A DNA stretch of 18,393 nucleotides from the NCBI GenBank assembly GCA_038523235.1, contig JBCBJQ010000115.1, positions 1 to 18,393 of the forward strand, in the 5' to 3' direction. The notes under the pieces were generated by a model. The model had not been told where the DNA came from, ran no database searches, and was given only the letters and a program-made list of their open reading frames with translations. Each line of letters begins with the position of its first letter. The first letter of the stretch is position 1. This document shows positions 15,630-18,393 of this stretch, one piece after another. Both the position numbers and the translations under genes were made by a program. This DNA comes from Cyanobacteria bacterium J06626_4 (GTDB lineage Bacteria; Cyanobacteriota; Cyanobacteriia; Phormidesmidales; Phormidesmidaceae).

Positions 15630-17612
15630 CTACTGTACTCCAAACCTTAGGGTGAACTCAGACGCGGCGTCAGCCGAGACGTCGATGATGAAATCGCCCC
15701 CTACGGGCACCGTCTCTTCCCACAGCTGCACGCCATTGGCAAGCGGGTCTCCCGTGGGTAAAGCCACATTGAAGGTGGTCGGCGCGGTGGCGCTGTCGAC
15801 CTCAACGGTGAGCACCTCACCAGCATTGAGATTAATCACATAGCGGCGTACCCGGCCCGGCCCGGCACTGTTGGCCACCAGAGTGCTGTCTTGTCCCGCC
15901 GGCAGGCGCACGCGCTGCTCGGAAACAATGTCGGGTGGTTCGGGTTGAGTGGGTTGTTCTGGTGCTTCCGGCTCGACTGGTGTTTCGGGATCAACGGGGG
16001 TTTCAGGATCAACGGGTGTTTCCGGCTCGACTGGCGCTTCAGGGTCAGTACTATCTTCTGGCTCGGAGAGAGCAACCTGCAGCTCATAGTTGCCTTGCTC
16101 AATCCCCGCGACCGGGCTGAGCTGAATCACATATTCGCCGGTGAAGTCGAGCGTGCCCTGCCAACCCAGCACCCGTCGGCCCTGGCTGTCAGGGGGATTG
16201 CCGTTGGGGGCCAAGACTGTCATCAACACGCTTTCGCCTTCTAGCTGCGCCCTCAGCTGGTCGCCCTGACGACCTTGCACGCGATAGTTCACTGTTTCAT
16301 TCGCTTTGAGGCTGCCTTCCACCGTGGTCGATTCACCCGGCTCAATATCTAGGTTTTGGCTGAATTCAACTGGTTCATTCGTGGGTGGCTCTGGTTCCGG
16401 TGTGGGCTCTGGAGTGGGCTGAACGACCGGTTCTTCGGGATTGATTTCGATCGTGGGGACGTCGGTCTCGGGACGCTCTGGGGTGCGATTGAGCACGGTC
16501 ACTAAGCCCCAACCGCCGAGGCCTGCTACTAGCACAAGAGCCAATGCTAATGCCCCCACCGCTAAGGGATTTTCCCAAATTGAAACGGCGTCATCATCCA
16601 GCACTGCCGGGGTCGTCGAACGGGTCGGGTGCACGGTCTGCGGTCCCCCTGCCATCGTGGTGGATTGGTAGGCTCGACCGACGGCTACCGTGCGCATTTG
16701 CGAAGGGGGGGCGACCGCCGCAGGTGGTGGCGCTGTTGGGTAAACCGGGGGCGGCGCCGTGGCCGCCATCAGGTTATTAGCATTGCCCAGGGCTTGAGCC
16801 ATTTCACTGACCGACTGATAGCGATCACCCGGTCGATAGCTGGTGGCTTTTTGCAACACCTGGGCCAGTCCGGCGCTGACGCTAACATATTGCTGCCAGT
16901 GCCACGACAGATTCACATCGTCAAAAATATCTTGGGGCTCCCGCCCGGTGAGCAGTACGATCGCGGTGACCGCTAAGGAATACAGATCGCTGCTGGGATA
17001 GGCTCGCCCCGACTGCATCTGTTCGCTAGGGGCATAGCCCGGTTTACCCACGGTAGTGGCGTGGTGGGTCACATCGGCCATCTGTACCCGCGTCACGACT
17101 TCTTTCACAACGCCAAAGTCGATCAGCACGGGCAGGCGATCGCGGTTACGCAGCAAAATATTGTCGGGGCTGATGTCGCGGTGAATGATGCCCTTGGAGT
17201 GAATGTGGGCTAGCACCGGGAGTAGCTGCTGCAGAAACTGTCGCACTTCTGCTTCTGAAAAGCCCAAGTTTTGCGATCGGCGCTGATTGAGTAGCTCCCG
17301 GTAGGACAAGCCTTCCACATAGTCTTGTACTAAAAACAGGCGATTCTCGACCTGAAAGGTGGCCCGGAACTGGGGAATTTGCGGATGCTGAATCTGATAA
17401 AGAATCGCGGCTTCCCGCTGAAATAGCTCGGTCGCCTTGCTGGAAAAGTGATCTTCACCCTGCTGCGGCAAAAATTCCTTGACGGCGCAAGGCTCTTGAA
17501 AGCGACCTTGATCTTCAGCCAGGTAGGTGCGCCCAAAACCACCCTGCCCCAGCAATCGGAGGATCTGATAACGAGATTGCAGCGTCGTGCCGGAGGGAAG
17601 GGGAGAATACAT
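15630..17612 (-). CDS. Hanks-type membrane Ser/Thr protein kinase with a Pro-rich linker and two extracytoplasmic PPC-like beta domains
   Basis: LGQGGFGRTYLA, CAVKE, HRDISPDN, LIDFG, GKPGYAPSEQ and SDLYSL. TM helix PLAVGALALALVLVAGLGGWGLV. Start set at ATG 17612 (MYSPLPSGTTLQSRY, 660 aa) because it directly precedes the kinase domain. The frame is open to 17756. Confidence 0.92.
   Translation of the reverse strand: MYSPLPSGTTLQSRYQILRLLGQGGFGRTYLAEDQGRFQEPCAVKEFLPQQGEDHFSSKATELFQREAAILYQIQHPQIPQFRATFQVENRLFLVQDYVEGLSYRELLNQRRSQNLGFSEAEVRQFLQQLLPVLAHIHSKGIIHRDISPDNILLRNRDRLPVLIDFGVVKEVVTRVQMADVTHHATTVGKPGYAPSEQMQSGRAYPSSDLYSLAVTAIVLLTGREPQDIFDDVNLSWHWQQYVSVSAGLAQVLQKATSYRPGDRYQSVSEMAQALGNANNLMAATAPPPVYPTAPPPAAVAPPSQMRTVAVGRAYQSTTMAGGPQTVHPTRSTTPAVLDDDAVSIWENPLAVGALALALVLVAGLGGWGLVTVLNRTPERPETDVPTIEINPEEPVVQPTPEPTPEPEPPTNEPVEFSQNLDIEPGESTTVEGSLKANETVNYRVQGRQGDQLRAQLEGESVLMTVLAPNGNPPDSQGRRVLGWQGTLDFTGEYVIQLSPVAGIEQGNYELQVALSEPEDSTDPEAPVEPETPVDPETPVDPETPVEPEAPEQPTQPEPPDIVSEQRVRLPAGQDSTLVANSAGPGRVRRYVINLNAGEVLTVEVDSATAPTTFNVALPTGDPLANGVQLWEETVPVGGDFIIDVSADAASEFTLRFGVQ
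15966..16037 (-). repeat. 4 x 18-bp imperfect coding tandem repeat encoding (T/A)PV(D/E)PE
   Basis: Units TTCCGGCTCGACTGGTGT / TTCGGGATCAACGGGGGT / TTCAGGATCAACGGGTGT / TTCCGGCTCGACTGGCGC in the kinase linker. Confidence 0.85.
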
Positions 17613-18393
17613 AAGCCAACTGCTCTGGGCCTTAAACACGGGCAAGCATACCCCAATTACAGTAGCCTGCCTTCGAGATTTCATGATTTTAGACTGTGCC
17701 AATCGGACTTGCCAGGCAGCGGAATTGAAGGCGGTAGGCAGAAGTCTGAAAGCCACTTTTTGCTGGACTCAGCGGAGAGACCGCTGGCCGCATGAGGTTA
17801 ACCCTTGGCTTAGAATTCCTGCCTAATGATGATAGAGATCGATCGATTTCTACCATCACCAGCTAAGCCGGTACGATATCAAAAATCGAGATCTGTAACG
17901 ATATATCAAGTGATCTTAGGGTTGACATATTGATTGTGTTGCTAGGCAATGCAGCGTCTCGGCTCCAAGCGAGTTCCAGTTCGCTCCTCAATATCATGCC
18001 TGCTGAGTTTACCGAGCTTGAGATATTCCCCCCTCTCCTTTGATGGAATTCATCTCGAAAAAACTAGAATGGAGAGTCTTATTGAGCCCTAAAGTTTCCC
18101 AGCTAGCCTATTTCTGCTACGTCACTGGTTTTTGTAGATTTAGCTTGAGCTACTGCTGTGCAAAATCATGCGTATCAGTACCACTTGGCGTCGCACTTTA
18201 GTATAAGTGAGATGCCCACTAAATAATCTTTTCAACGAGTTGAATTTCCATTTTTGTCAATCAAGTCAAACTAAGCAATATTGACTTAAATCTTCGACTA
18301 ACTCTAGCCCTAACTCTAATTCCAGTATTTCCATTAACTCTGTGACGTCAACTTCAAATGCCTTTTCGTTGATATTATTTGAAGCATTGGCAA

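Larger units (their letters stand above)
505..17143. repeat. HIP1 octamer GCGATCGC, dispersed (about 27 copies)
   Basis: Seen at 505, 1467, 1486, 1524, 1861, 3357, 4194, 5284/5290 (overlapping), 5878, 6016, 6330, 7143, 8071, 8094, 8834, 9645, 10256, 10580, 10953, 11977, 12647, 14239, 14920, 15176, 15611 and 17136. Fewer than one copy is expected by chance. HIP1 is a cyanobacterial hallmark. Confidence 0.93.

Noticed and set aside
15966..16046. CRISPR-like periodic repeat
   Set aside because: The units are contiguous in-frame coding repeats with no unique spacers, and there are no cas genes.
17613..17756. 48-aa N-terminal extension of the kinase from GTG 17756
   Set aside because: The kinase domain begins right after ATG 17612, as is usual for this family, and the extension has no recognisable features. 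It is not fully excluded.
461..17826. Numerous short or overlapping ORFs in the track (e.g. 1692-2204 +, 3885-4307 +, 12427-13194 +, 14510-14863 -, 17448-17795 +)
   Set aside because: They are antisense or off-frame shadows of well-supported genes in GC-rich DNA and have no recognisable motifs.

Overview
Cyanobacterial chromosomal DNA, judged from about 27 HIP1 octamers (GCGATCGC, counted by eye) and the gene content. Its fairly high GC would fit a Leptolyngbya/Nodosilinea-like filament, which is an inference. Twelve complete CDSs are supported, in order: glycerophosphodiester phosphodiesterase (+); a minus-strand run of EcsC/DUF697-like multidomain protein, UPF0182 membrane protein and membrane-anchored class-3 lipase; endonuclease V (nfi, +); a small peptidoglycan-binding-domain protein (-) head-to-head with an ECF-like sigma-70 factor (+); a stand-alone cNMP-binding protein (-); an SF2 DEAH helicase with Zn ribbon (-); an M48 metallopeptidase (-); bioD (-); and a membrane Ser/Thr kinase (-). 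A decayed Uma2-type 3' remnant follows the sigma gene. I saw no rRNA, tRNA, CRISPR array or transposase. The best candidate for an undescribed system is the divergent pair at 8892-10249: an ECF-like sigma factor and an apparently cytoplasmic protein with an unknown helical N-domain plus a PG-binding domain. Their shared promoter region carries four outward-facing GTCACA motifs. All family assignments come from motif recognition, not database searches.
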